From Paludibacteraceae bacterium (GTDB taxonomy: Bacteria; Bacteroidota; Bacteroidia; Bacteroidales; Paludibacteraceae): a stretch of DNA of 64,000 nt. Positions 26,176 to 34,116 of this stretch are shown here, piece by piece. The notes beneath the pieces were generated by a model. That model was not told where the DNA came from and searched no databases. It was given only the letters and a program-made list of their open reading frames with translations. A program made the translations under genes and the position numbers. The stretch spans positions 20,250 to 84,249 of the forward strand of contig JAFSKL010000010.1 in the NCBI GenBank assembly GCA_017448985.1, read 5' to 3'. The first letter of the stretch is position 1. Each line of letters begins with the position of its first letter.

Positions 26176-27495
26176 ATGGCACAGAAACCAAGTATACCCA
26201 AAGGGACGCGCGATTTCGGGCAAGTGGAAATGGCTCGGCGCAATTATATCTTTGACACCATCAAAGGGGTGTTTCAGTTGTACGGCTTTCAGCAGATCGA
26301 GACGCCTGCGATGGAGAACCTGAGCACGCTGATGGGCAAGTACGGCGAGGAAGGCGACAAGTTACTTTTCCGTATCCAGAACAGCGGCGAGAAAGCGAAC
26401 CTGACGCCGGAGAAAGGTCTGCGTTATGACCTGACCGTTCCGTTTGCGCGCTATGTGGTGCAGCACCGCGAGGAGATCAGTTTTCCCTTCAAGCGCTTCC
26501 AGATTCAGCCCGTTTGGCGTGCCGACCGACCGCAGAAAGGCCGTTACCGCGAATTCTACCAGTGCGATGTGGATGTGATCGGTTCCAATTCGCTGGTCGG
26601 AGAGTTGGAGCTGGTGCAGATAGTAGAGGAGGTGTACCGCCGTTTGGGCATCAATGTGTGTCTGCACATCAACAATCGCAAGATTTTAGCAGGTATAGCC
26701 GAAGTGATCGGTGAGCCCGACAAGATCATCGACATCACCGTAGCCATCGACAAACTGGACAAGATAGGCGTCGATGCCGTGAATGCGGAATTGGCGGAAC
26801 GGGGACTGAGCGAGAAAGCTACTGAGGCACTGCAGCCGATATTGAATCAGGAGTCAGGAATCAAGATTCAAGACAAAATAGTTCAATTGAAGTCGTTCTT
26901 GGCGACGAGCGAAGTGGGACTGAAAGGCATTGAGGAACTGGAGACCTTGTTCGGACTGATAGAGGCGACAAGTGTGAAGTTGAACATTGAATTGGACCTG
27001 TGCCTTGCGCGCGGACTCAATTATTACACGGGCGCGATATTCGAGGTCAAGGCCTTGGACGCACAGATCGGTTCGATCACCGGTGGCGGTCGTTACGACA
27101 ACTTGACGGGTATCTTCGGCTTGCCGGAAGTGTCGGGCGTCGGCATCTCGTTCGGTGCTGACCGCATCTACGATGTGCTGACCGAGTTGGACCTGTTCCC
27201 CAAAGAGCTGCAATCGGCCACACAAGTGCTCTTTGCCGCGTTCGGACAGGACGAGTTGCACTATGCGCTGCGTTGGGCCAACGGGCTGCGGGCAGCAGGG
27301 ATAGCCGTGGAGGTCTATCCCGAAGCGACGAAGATGAAGAAGCAGATGGGTTATGCCGACGCCAAGCAGATTCCGTTCGTGGCCATCGTAGGCGGCGACG
27401 AGATGGCGCAAGGCAAAGTGATGCTCAAAAATATGAGTTCCGGCGAACAAAAACTCGTCGGACCCGACGAACTGATAGAAATGGCAAAATCTTAA
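26176..27495 (+). CDS. hisS: Histidine--tRNA ligase
   Basis: [15 protein letters not shown]..., [25 protein letters not shown] and GGGRYDNL class II motifs. In-frame heptamer array at 26844-26885. Confidence 0.95.
   Translation: MAQKPSIPKGTRDFGQVEMARRNYIFDTIKGVFQLYGFQQIETPAMENLSTLMGKYGEEGDKLLFRIQNSGEKANLTPEKGLRYDLTVPFARYVVQHREEISFPFKRFQIQPVWRADRPQKGRYREFYQCDVDVIGSNSLVGELELVQIVEEVYRRLGINVCLHINNRKILAGIAEVIGEPDKIIDITVAIDKLDKIGVDAVNAELAERGLSEKATEALQPILNQESGIKIQDKIVQLKSFLATSEVGLKGIEELETLFGLIEATSVKLNIELDLCLARGLNYYTGAIFEVKALDAQIGSITGGGRYDNLTGIFGLPEVSGVGISFGADRIYDVLTELDLFPKELQSATQVLFAAFGQDELHYALRWANGLRAAGIAVEVYPEATKMKKQMGYADAKQIPFVAIVGGDEMAQGKVMLKNMSSGEQKLVGPDELIEMAKS
26844..26885. repeat. Degenerate heptamer array x6 inside hisS
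   Basis: GAATCAG GAGTCAG GAATCAA GATTCAA GACAAAA TAGTTCA. Encodes [13 protein letters not shown]. Confidence 0.8.
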
Positions 27496-27604
27496 TAATC
27501 GTACATTTTTTCAGGTAGCCTTTAACCACGGTTTACCCACGGTTTAACCACGGTATTACCCCTTGTAGTGCATAGAGGGGCAAAATCTTAAAAATAGTAA
27601 ACTT
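27487..27604 (+). repeat. ~118-bp dispersed intergenic element, copy A (hisS / DUF1599 spacer)
   Basis: Shares three blocks with the reverse complement of 50521-50637: 24/24, about 45/45 and 25/25 identical nt, separated by two short divergent patches. Contains the 11-mer array TTAACCACGGT TTACCCACGGT TTAACCACGGT (27522-27554). Confidence 0.9.
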
Positions 27605-27611
27605 TTGAATC

Positions 27612-28148
27612 ATGGCAGATACGAACAAACAATTTGATTTGGTAACGGCCAAGTGCCGGCAGATTTTTGTGGACAAGATGCAGGACTACGGAGCTTCGTG
27701 GCGTATCTTCCGCCTGCACGGTATCACCGACCAGCTCTACATCAAAGCCTGCAACATCCGCCAACTGCAAACGACGGGCGTCAGTCTGGTGGGCGACGAC
27801 ATAGAGGGCAATCTGCGCGCGATCATCAACTACGGCATCACCGCCATCATCCAGGAGCGGAACGGCTACGCCGATTCGATAGACATGAGCAACGAGGAGG
27901 CGATGCGGCACTACGACGAGGTGCTGCACGAGGCCAAAGAGCTGATGGTGCGCAAGAACCATGACTACGGCGAGGCTTGGCGCGAGATGAGCAAAGAGGG
28001 CATCGTCGATATGATACTCGCCAAGATAATTCGCATCAAGACCATCATTGCCAACGGCGGCAAGACGATTGCGTCCGAAGGCATCGAAGGCAACTACTTC
28101 GATATCATCAACTACGCCATTTTCGATCTTATACATTATGAGAATTGA
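27612..28148 (+). CDS. DUF1599 domain protein
   Basis: KCRQIFVDKMQDYGASWRIFR and KNHDYGEAWREM match my recollection of DUF1599. Its usual Bacteroidota neighbour (BT_3928-like) follows. Confidence 0.7.
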   Translation: MADTNKQFDLVTAKCRQIFVDKMQDYGASWRIFRLHGITDQLYIKACNIRQLQTTGVSLVGDDIEGNLRAIINYGITAIIQERNGYADSIDMSNEEAMRHYDEVLHEAKELMVRKNHDYGEAWREMSKEGIVDMILAKIIRIKTIIANGGKTIASEGIEGNYFDIINYAIFDLIHYEN

Positions 28149-28201
28149 CAATGGAAAATGGAAAATGGAAAATTGACAATGGAAAATGGAAAATGTAAAA
28201 T
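28146..28201. repeat. Heptamer array x8 forming the whole spacer, from the DUF1599 stop to the next ATG
   Basis: TGACAAT GGAAAAT x3 TGACAAT GGAAAAT x2 GTAAAAT. The first unit holds the TGA stop and the last holds ATG 28200. Confidence 0.95.
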
Positions 28202-29321
28202 GAAAGAGAGAACCGTCAAACATATCCTCGGAAGCGTAGCCCGCACGTTGCTGGCACTGACCTTCCTGTTCTCGGGTTTTGTGAAAGCCGTGGATCCGTT
28301 AGGTACCGTCTATAAGATAGAGGACTACCTGAAGGCCTTCGGCGGATTCTTCACCGACCTGCTGCCCTTAGCCGGCACCGCAGCGGTGCTGCTTATAGCG
28401 GTAGAGTTCGTGCTCGGATTCTGCATGCTGTTCAATGTGCGGACCAACTGGACGAGCTGGCTGTCGTTAGTGTTTTACCTGGTGATGACGCCGTTGACGC
28501 TGTGGATAGCGCTGACCAATCCCGTGACCGACTGCGGCTGTTTCGGCGATGCGCTGGTGTTGACCAATTGGCAGACCTTCTGGAAGAACGTCATCCTGCT
28601 GAGTCTCGTGGTCGTACTGCTGATCTGCCTCAAGGCCGTTCCGCCGCTGTTCAGCTGGTGGATGGAGCTCGTGATAACGCTCGTCGGATTGGGCATAGCC
28701 GGCGGCATAATGGGCTATTCCTATACCCACCTGCCTCCGATGGACTTCCGGCCGTACAAAGTGGGCAACCATATCCCCACCCTGATGGAGATACCTGATG
28801 ACGCAGAACCGGACATCTACGAGACGACGCTCATCTATGCCAAAGACGGCGTAGAGCAGGAGTTCACTCTGGCCGACTACCCCAAAGGCGACAGCACATG
28901 GACCTTCGTCGATCAGAAATCCGTGCTCATCAAGAAAGGCTACGAGCCGCCGATTCACGACTTTGAGATCATGACGCTCGATTTCTACGACATCACCTAC
29001 GACATCCTTGAAGCCGACGAGCCAATCACGCTCGTCACGATGTACGACCTGAACAAGACCGACCGCAAGCAGATAGACAAAGTGCTGCAGCTGATGCGAG
29101 ACTGCCGGCGGGACGACAAGATACTCTATATCCTGACCGGAAGCGGCGAGGACGACATCTTTGCTTTCGCCGACGAGATAGGCCTGGACGAAGAGGTGGC
29201 GGAGCATGTGTTCTGCACCATCGATCCCGTGACGCTCAAGACTATTGTCAGGGCTAATCCGGGCATGTTCGTCGTGCAGGACGGTGTGATCATCGAGAAA
29301 CATAATTTTCGACAATTGTAG
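28200..29321 (+). CDS. BT_3928-like membrane protein (DoxX-like N-terminus, thioredoxin-fold-like C-terminus)
   Basis: Four N-terminal TM helices with FSGFVKAVDP and TDCGCFGD motifs. Start set at ATG 28200, because the 14 upstream codons of the track ORF are pure heptamer repeat. Confidence 0.65.
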   Translation: MKERTVKHILGSVARTLLALTFLFSGFVKAVDPLGTVYKIEDYLKAFGGFFTDLLPLAGTAAVLLIAVEFVLGFCMLFNVRTNWTSWLSLVFYLVMTPLTLWIALTNPVTDCGCFGDALVLTNWQTFWKNVILLSLVVVLLICLKAVPPLFSWWMELVITLVGLGIAGGIMGYSYTHLPPMDFRPYKVGNHIPTLMEIPDDAEPDIYETTLIYAKDGVEQEFTLADYPKGDSTWTFVDQKSVLIKKGYEPPIHDFEIMTLDFYDITYDILEADEPITLVTMYDLNKTDRKQIDKVLQLMRDCRRDDKILYILTGSGEDDIFAFADEIGLDEEVAEHVFCTIDPVTLKTIVRANPGMFVVQDGVIIEKHNFRQL

Positions 29322-29345
29322 ATTGTAGATTGTAAATTGTAAATT
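29311..29345. repeat. Heptamer array x5 upstream of tpiA
   Basis: GACAATT GTAGATT GTAGATT GTAAATT GTAAATT. Includes the TAG stop of the upstream gene. Confidence 0.9.
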
Positions 29346-29354
29346 TTATATACT

Positions 29355-30107
29355 ATGGCAAGAATTAAAATGGTGGCAGGTAACTGGAAAATGAACAAGA
29401 ACCTGCAGGAAGGTGTAGCATTGGCTACCGAGTTGAAAGAGGCTGTGAAAGCCCCGAAGTGTGCCGTTGTTATCGGTACTCCTTTTATCCACTTGGCTAC
29501 CGTAGCCGAGTTGCTCAAAGGCTCGCCGATTAAGGTGGCGGCTGAGAACTGCGCGGACCACGAGAAAGGTGCGTACACCGGTGAGGTGAGTGCCGAGATG
29601 GTGAAATCGACCGGCGCCGAGTACGTCATCTTGGGTCACTCGGAGCGTCGTCAATACTACGCCGAGAGCTACGAGATGCTGGCTCAGAAAGTGCGTCTGG
29701 CTTTGGCTAACGGGCTGAAGGTGATTTTCTGCATCGGCGAGGTGAAAGAGGAGCGCGAGGCTGGTCGTCAGAACGAAGTGGTGAAAGCCCAACTCGAAGG
29801 TTCGGTCTTCGGTCTGAGCGCCGATGAGTGGAAGCAGATCGTGCTGGCTTACGAACCCGTTTGGGCAATCGGTACAGGTCTGACCGCTACGCCGGAGCAG
29901 GCACAGGAGATACACGCGTTCATCCGTTCGCTCGTGGCTGAGAAATTCGGCAAAGAGGCAGCGGAGGACACCACTATTCTCTACGGCGGCAGCTGCAACG
30001 AGAAGAACGCAGCCGAACTGTTCGCTTGTCCGGACATCGACGGCGGCCTGATCGGTGGTGCCGCACTCGTGGCAGAGAAGTTCTTAGCTATCATCGCTGC
30101 GCGATAA
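29355..30107 (+). CDS. tpiA: Triosephosphate isomerase
   Basis: [27 protein letters not shown] and YGGS motifs. Confidence 0.97.
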   Translation: MARIKMVAGNWKMNKNLQEGVALATELKEAVKAPKCAVVIGTPFIHLATVAELLKGSPIKVAAENCADHEKGAYTGEVSAEMVKSTGAEYVILGHSERRQYYAESYEMLAQKVRLALANGLKVIFCIGEVKEEREAGRQNEVVKAQLEGSVFGLSADEWKQIVLAYEPVWAIGTGLTATPEQAQEIHAFIRSLVAEKFGKEAAEDTTILYGGSCNEKNAAELFACPDIDGGLIGGAALVAEKFLAIIAAR

Positions 30108-30145
30108 CTAGTCTACTAGTCAACTAGTCTACTAGTCAACTAGAA
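30106..30145. repeat. 8-mer array x5 after tpiA
   Basis: AACTAGTC TACTAGTC AACTAGTC TACTAGTC AACTAGAA. ACTAGT palindromes recur every 8 nt. Confidence 0.9.
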
Positions 30146-30152
30146 GAAAACT

Positions 30153-30677
30153 ATGGCACTAATCAGAACGATCAATAGAGACGGCGAGATCCTAACCCCG
30201 CATATCGCTGACGACGTGTTCATGGCGGAAAACGCGACCGTGGTCGGCGATGTGACGGTGGGCGAAGGAACGAGCTTGTGGTTTAATGCGGTGCTGCGAG
30301 GCGATGTGAACACAATCGTCATCGGCCGTCATTGCAACATCCAGGACGGCGCTGTGCTGCACACCCTCTACCGGAAATCGACCATCCGTCTGGGCGACTA
30401 TGTGTCGGTAGGACACAACGTAACTATTCACGGTGCGGATGTGGACGACTACGCGCTTATCGGAATGGGCGCTACCCTGCTCGACGATGCCCATGTGGGA
30501 GAAGGTGCGATCGTGGCTGCCAATGCACTGGTGCTCAAAGGCACGCAGATAGGGCCTCACGAGATATGGGGCGGCGTGCCGGCGAAATTCATCAAGAAAG
30601 CCGATCCCGCACAGACCGAAGAGATAAACAAGAAAATAGCCAATAACTACGCAATGTACGCTTCGTGGTACCAATAG
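30153..30677 (+). CDS. Gamma carbonic anhydrase family protein (left-handed beta-helix, hexapeptide repeats)
   Basis: VGDVTVGEGTSLWFNAVLRGD..IGRHCNIQDGAVLH..VGHNVTIHG pattern. Confidence 0.85.
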   Translation: MALIRTINRDGEILTPHIADDVFMAENATVVGDVTVGEGTSLWFNAVLRGDVNTIVIGRHCNIQDGAVLHTLYRKSTIRLGDYVSVGHNVTIHGADVDDYALIGMGATLLDDAHVGEGAIVAANALVLKGTQIGPHEIWGGVPAKFIKKADPAQTEEINKKIANNYAMYASWYQ

Positions 30678-30691
30678 GTGACTTCGTCACG

Positions 30692-30716
30692 TTAAATGGT
30701 TAAATAGTTAAAATGG
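30692..30716. repeat. Degenerate 8-mer array x3 upstream of pyrH
   Basis: TTAAATGG TTAAATAG TTAAAATGG. Confidence 0.6.
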
Positions 30717-30748
30717 TTTTTATTACATAAAAACGTTAAATTGTTACT

Positions 30749-31453
30749 ATGTACAAACGCATTCTTTTGAAACTTTCCGGCGAGAGCCTTGCCGGAGAAA
30801 GCAAGCAAGGTATCGACACCGACCGTTTGGCGCAATATGCCGAGCAGGTGAAACGTATCGCGCAACGCGGTGTGCAGATAGGTATCGTCATCGGCGGCGG
30901 AAATATCTTCCGTGGTCTGAGCGGTGCCCAACGGGGTTTCGACCGCGTCAAAGGTGACCAGATGGGGATGTTAGCCACCGTCATCAACGCCTTGGCCTTA
31001 CAGTCGGCGCTGGAGGCTATCGGTCAGCCTGTCCGTGTTCTGACCTCCATCCGTATGGAGCCTGTCGGCGATTTCTACAGTCCTGCCAAAGCCATACGGC
31101 TGTTGGAGCGAGGCAATGTGGTCATTCTCGCCGGCGGCACGGGTGCACCCTACTTCACCACGGACACCGGTAGCAGTCTGCGGGCACTCGAGATCAAAGC
31201 CGACATCATGCTCAAAGGTACGCGCGTCGACGGCATCTACACCGCTGATCCGGAGAAGGACCCGACAGCCACCAAGTTCGACGAGATCACCTACGACGAG
31301 ATCATCCGCCGCGGACTCAAAGTGATGGATCAGACAGCTACCGTCATGTGCAAAGAGAACAAGATGCCCATCTATGTCTTCAACATGGACCAACTCGGCA
31401 ACCTCGAAAAAGTGATTAACGGAGAGAAAATCGGAACTCTCGTAAAACCCTGA
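30749..31453 (+). CDS. pyrH: UMP kinase
   Basis: [15 protein letters not shown] and GGGNIFRG motifs. Confidence 0.95.
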   Translation: MYKRILLKLSGESLAGESKQGIDTDRLAQYAEQVKRIAQRGVQIGIVIGGGNIFRGLSGAQRGFDRVKGDQMGMLATVINALALQSALEAIGQPVRVLTSIRMEPVGDFYSPAKAIRLLERGNVVILAGGTGAPYFTTDTGSSLRALEIKADIMLKGTRVDGIYTADPEKDPTATKFDEITYDEIIRRGLKVMDQTATVMCKENKMPIYVFNMDQLGNLEKVINGEKIGTLVKP

Positions 31454-31457
31454 TATT

Positions 31458-32021
31458 ATGGAAGATGAATTAAGTTTGTATGAAGCTGCAGCCGAAGAGC
31501 AAATGCAGAACTCAGTCGCTCACCTGGACGACACGCTCCAGCACATCCGTGCCGGCAAGGCCAATCCGCGTCTCTTAGACCCCATCAAGATCGACTACTA
31601 CGGCACCCTGTCTCCGCTGAGCAGTTGTGCTACCGTGGTCACTCCCGATGCGCGGACTATCGCTATCACGCCTTGGGAGAAAAAACTGATCGGTGACATC
31701 GAGCGCGCCATCATCAATTCGAACATCGGTCTCACCCCGTCCAATAACGGCGAGACGATTCGTCTCATCCTGCCACCTCTGACCGAGGAACGCCGTCGCG
31801 ACCTCTGCAAGCAATGCAAGGTGGAGCTGGAGGAAGCTAAGATGTCGATCCGCAATGCCCGCCGCGAGGCTATCGAGGAGTTCAAGAAACTCATCAAGAA
31901 AGGTCTGAGCGAGGACATCGAGAAAGATGCCGAAGAGGAGATCCAAAAGGTGCACGACAAGTACATCGCCAAAGTGGACTCCCTCTACGCAGCCAAGGAA
32001 AAAGAGATAATGACGGTATAA
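31458..32021 (+). CDS. frr: Ribosome recycling factor
   Basis: [12 protein letters not shown] and [12 protein letters not shown] motifs. Follows pyrH. Confidence 0.95.
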   Translation: MEDELSLYEAAAEEQMQNSVAHLDDTLQHIRAGKANPRLLDPIKIDYYGTLSPLSSCATVVTPDARTIAITPWEKKLIGDIERAIINSNIGLTPSNNGETIRLILPPLTEERRRDLCKQCKVELEEAKMSIRNARREAIEEFKKLIKKGLSEDIEKDAEEEIQKVHDKYIAKVDSLYAAKEKEIMTV

Positions 32022-32025
32022 CCGT

Positions 32026-32060
32026 CATTGGTAATTGGTGATTGGTAATTGGTGATTGGT
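32026..32060. repeat. Heptamer array x5 in the frr-rsgA spacer, including the rsgA start
   Basis: CATTGGT AATTGGT GATTGGT AATTGGT GATTGGT. Confidence 0.9.
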
Positions 32061-33009
32061 GAGAGGCTTAGTCATTAGGTCAACGGGAAGCAGTTACATC
32101 GTTCGTATGGACGATGGTTCGGATGTGGAGTGCCGGATCAAAGGCAATTTCCGCATCCGAGGTATCCGTACGACCAATCCTGTGGCTGTCGGCGACTATG
32201 TGGAGGTTAACACTAAGGACCCTAACGACCATAAGGATCTTAAGGACACTTTCTGGATCACCGATGTCGAGGAGCGGCGCAACTATATCATCCGTCGGGC
32301 CACGAATCTAAGTAAGGAGAGTCATATCTTAGCGGCCAACATCGATCAGGTGGCGCTTATCGTGACCATCAATCATCCTCAGACCAGTACTACGTTCATT
32401 GACCGCTTTCTGGCGACCTGCGAGGCCTACCGCGTGCGCGCGTTCCTTATATTTAATAAGATCGACCTGCTCACGGACGAAGAATTAGAGCAGCTTGCTT
32501 CACTACGCGCACTCTACGAATCGCTCGGCTACGAGACCGCAGCTATCTGCGCCAAGGATCTATCCCCTATCAACAATAACTTATCCCCTTTATTGGCAGG
32601 TCGGACCACGCTGATGAGCGGCAATTCGGGCGTCGGCAAGAGCACGCTGCTCAATACGCTCTTCGGTCGCGAGATGACACGAACGGGCAAGATATCCGAT
32701 GCCCACGACAAAGGAATGCACACCACAACCTTCTCGGAAATGTATTTCCTCGAAATGGACAATGGGCGCATCATTGACACGCCGGGCATCAAGGGTTTTG
32801 GTAGTGTAGATATGCAGAAAGAGGAAGTGAGCCATTATTTCCGGGAGCTGTTCCGCATCTCGAAGGACTGCCGTTTCGGTGACTGCAGTCACACGGGTGA
32901 ACCCGGATGTGCCGTGCAGGAAGCCGTGGTGCGAGGCGACATAGCGCTCAGCCGATACGAATCGTACTTGTCTCTGTTAGGAGACTGTACCGAAAGCAAA
33001 TACCGATAA
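32056..33009 (+). CDS. rsgA: Ribosome small-subunit-dependent GTPase A
   Basis: FNKIDLL, GNSGVGKSTLLN and the zinc-finger CRFGDCSHTGEPGCAV. TTG 32056 or GTG 32059 start lies inside the TGGTAAT array. In-frame 9-mer array at 32213-32248. Confidence 0.9.
   Translation: MVRGLVIRSTGSSYIVRMDDGSDVECRIKGNFRIRGIRTTNPVAVGDYVEVNTKDPNDHKDLKDTFWITDVEERRNYIIRRATNLSKESHILAANIDQVALIVTINHPQTSTTFIDRFLATCEAYRVRAFLIFNKIDLLTDEELEQLASLRALYESLGYETAAICAKDLSPINNNLSPLLAGRTTLMSGNSGVGKSTLLNTLFGREMTRTGKISDAHDKGMHTTTFSEMYFLEMDNGRIIDTPGIKGFGSVDMQKEEVSHYFRELFRISKDCRFGDCSHTGEPGCAVQEAVVRGDIALSRYESYLSLLGDCTESKYR
32213..32248. repeat. 9-mer array x4 inside rsgA
   Basis: ACTAAGGAC CCTAACGAC CATAAGGAT CTTAAGGAC. Encodes TKDPNDHKDLKD. 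Confidence 0.75.
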
Positions 33010-33038
33010 AAAAGCGACTCATAGGTCGCTTCTTTTTT
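33008..33038. terminator. Bidirectional intrinsic terminator between convergent rsgA and korB
   Basis: AAAAAA-AGCGAC-TCATAG-GTCGCT-TCTTTTTT. Confidence 0.7.
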
Positions 33039-34068
33039 ACATTGTCCAGGTCTCCAAAGTGGCAGTCAGTTCGTCGAAGGTCTTGGCTTTCGACTTGGCG
33101 CGCACATCGGCTATCTGGTCATTTACGGCTTCGTCGTAAGTCTCGGCTTCCACGCTGCGGATCACGCCCAAGGCCACAGGCAGGTCGTCCGTCACTTCGG
33201 CATTGACACTCACAAACCGGTGCTGTCCCATCAGCGCCAAGAAGCGGTGCAGCGTCGGATCCGGCTGATGGGCATCATGTACTAACACACGCGGATCGTC
33301 GGTAGGAACGACGATCATCTTGGGTACAAACGTGACGGGATCGATCTCGACTGCCAGACCTTTGTCGCGGTCCTTGCCGAAGATCATCTTCTCGCCGTGC
33401 TTGAGGATGATGGCGTGCTCGGCGCGCTGCTCACGATCGGCTATCCACGCGTGGGTTCCGTTATTGAAAATGACACAGTTGACGAGGCACTCCACGATGG
33501 AGCAACCCTTGTGCTGCTGGGCCGCCACGAGACAGTCCACGGTCGTCGGCACATCTACATCCAAGGTGCGGGCAAAGAAAGTGCCGCCGGCTCCGAGCAC
33601 GAGCTGGGCAGGGATAAACGGACGCTCCACGGTACCGAACGGACTCGACTTGGACACGAATCCTTTCGCGCTCGTCGGCGAGTACTGACCTTTGGTCAGA
33701 CCGTAGATGCGATTGTTGAACATGCAGACATTGAGGTCCACATTACGGCGTATCTCGTGAATGAAATGGTTTCCTCCGATAGCCAGACAGTCTCCGTCGC
33801 CGGACATCTGCCAAACGGTCAGTTCGGGATGCGAGGTCTTGACGCCGGTCGCCACTGCGCCGCCACGGCCGTGAATGGTGTTGAAGCCGTAGGTATTGAG
33901 GTAGTGCGGCATACGGCTCGAGCAGCCGATACCGGAGATTACTGCCACCTGATGAGGCGCTATTCCTATTTGCGCCATGGCTTTTTGCAGGGCCATGCAG
34001 ATAGCGTGGTCACCGCAGCCCGGGCAGAACCGTACATATTGATCCGATTTAAATTGAGAAGCTTCCAT
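33037..34068 (-). CDS. korB: 2-oxoglutarate/2-oxoacid:ferredoxin oxidoreductase, beta (TPP-binding) subunit
   Basis: FCPGCGDH and SGDGD..IGGNH TPP motifs. Confidence 0.9.
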   Translation of the reverse strand: MEASQFKSDQYVRFCPGCGDHAICMALQKAMAQIGIAPHQVAVISGIGCSSRMPHYLNTYGFNTIHGRGGAVATGVKTSHPELTVWQMSGDGDCLAIGGNHFIHEIRRNVDLNVCMFNNRIYGLTKGQYSPTSAKGFVSKSSPFGTVERPFIPAQLVLGAGGTFFARTLDVDVPTTVDCLVAAQQHKGCSIVECLVNCVIFNNGTHAWIADREQRAEHAIILKHGEKMIFGKDRDKGLAVEIDPVTFVPKMIVVPTDDPRVLVHDAHQPDPTLHRFLALMGQHRFVSVNAEVTDDLPVALGVIRSVEAETYDEAVNDQIADVRAKSKAKTFDELTATLETWTM

Positions 34069-34076
34069 AATATGTT

Positions 34077-34116
34077 ACTAGTTGACTAGCGGACTAGTTG
34101 ACTAGCCGACTAAAGA
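34077..34116. repeat. 8-mer array x5 in the korA-korB spacer and korA 3' end
   Basis: ACTAGTTG ACTAGCGG ACTAGTTG ACTAGCCG ACTAAAGA. Same ACTAG core as 30106-30145. Confidence 0.9.

Noticed and set aside
27496-27611. Promoter or T-box-like leader interpretation of the hisS-downstream spacer
   Set aside because: It has no TAnnTTTG/-33 TTTG pair and no T-box features. It is better explained as the dispersed 118-bp element.
28146-28201. CRISPR-like appearance of regularly repeated short units (also 26126-26175 and others)
   Set aside because: The period is only 7-11 nt, there are no unique spacers, and no cas genes are present. These are simple tandem arrays, not CRISPR.
32556-32596. Repeated TATCCCCT motif in rsgA (DLSPINNNLSPLL)
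   Set aside because: Only two copies are present, about 20 nt apart with a register shift. That is compatible with chance.
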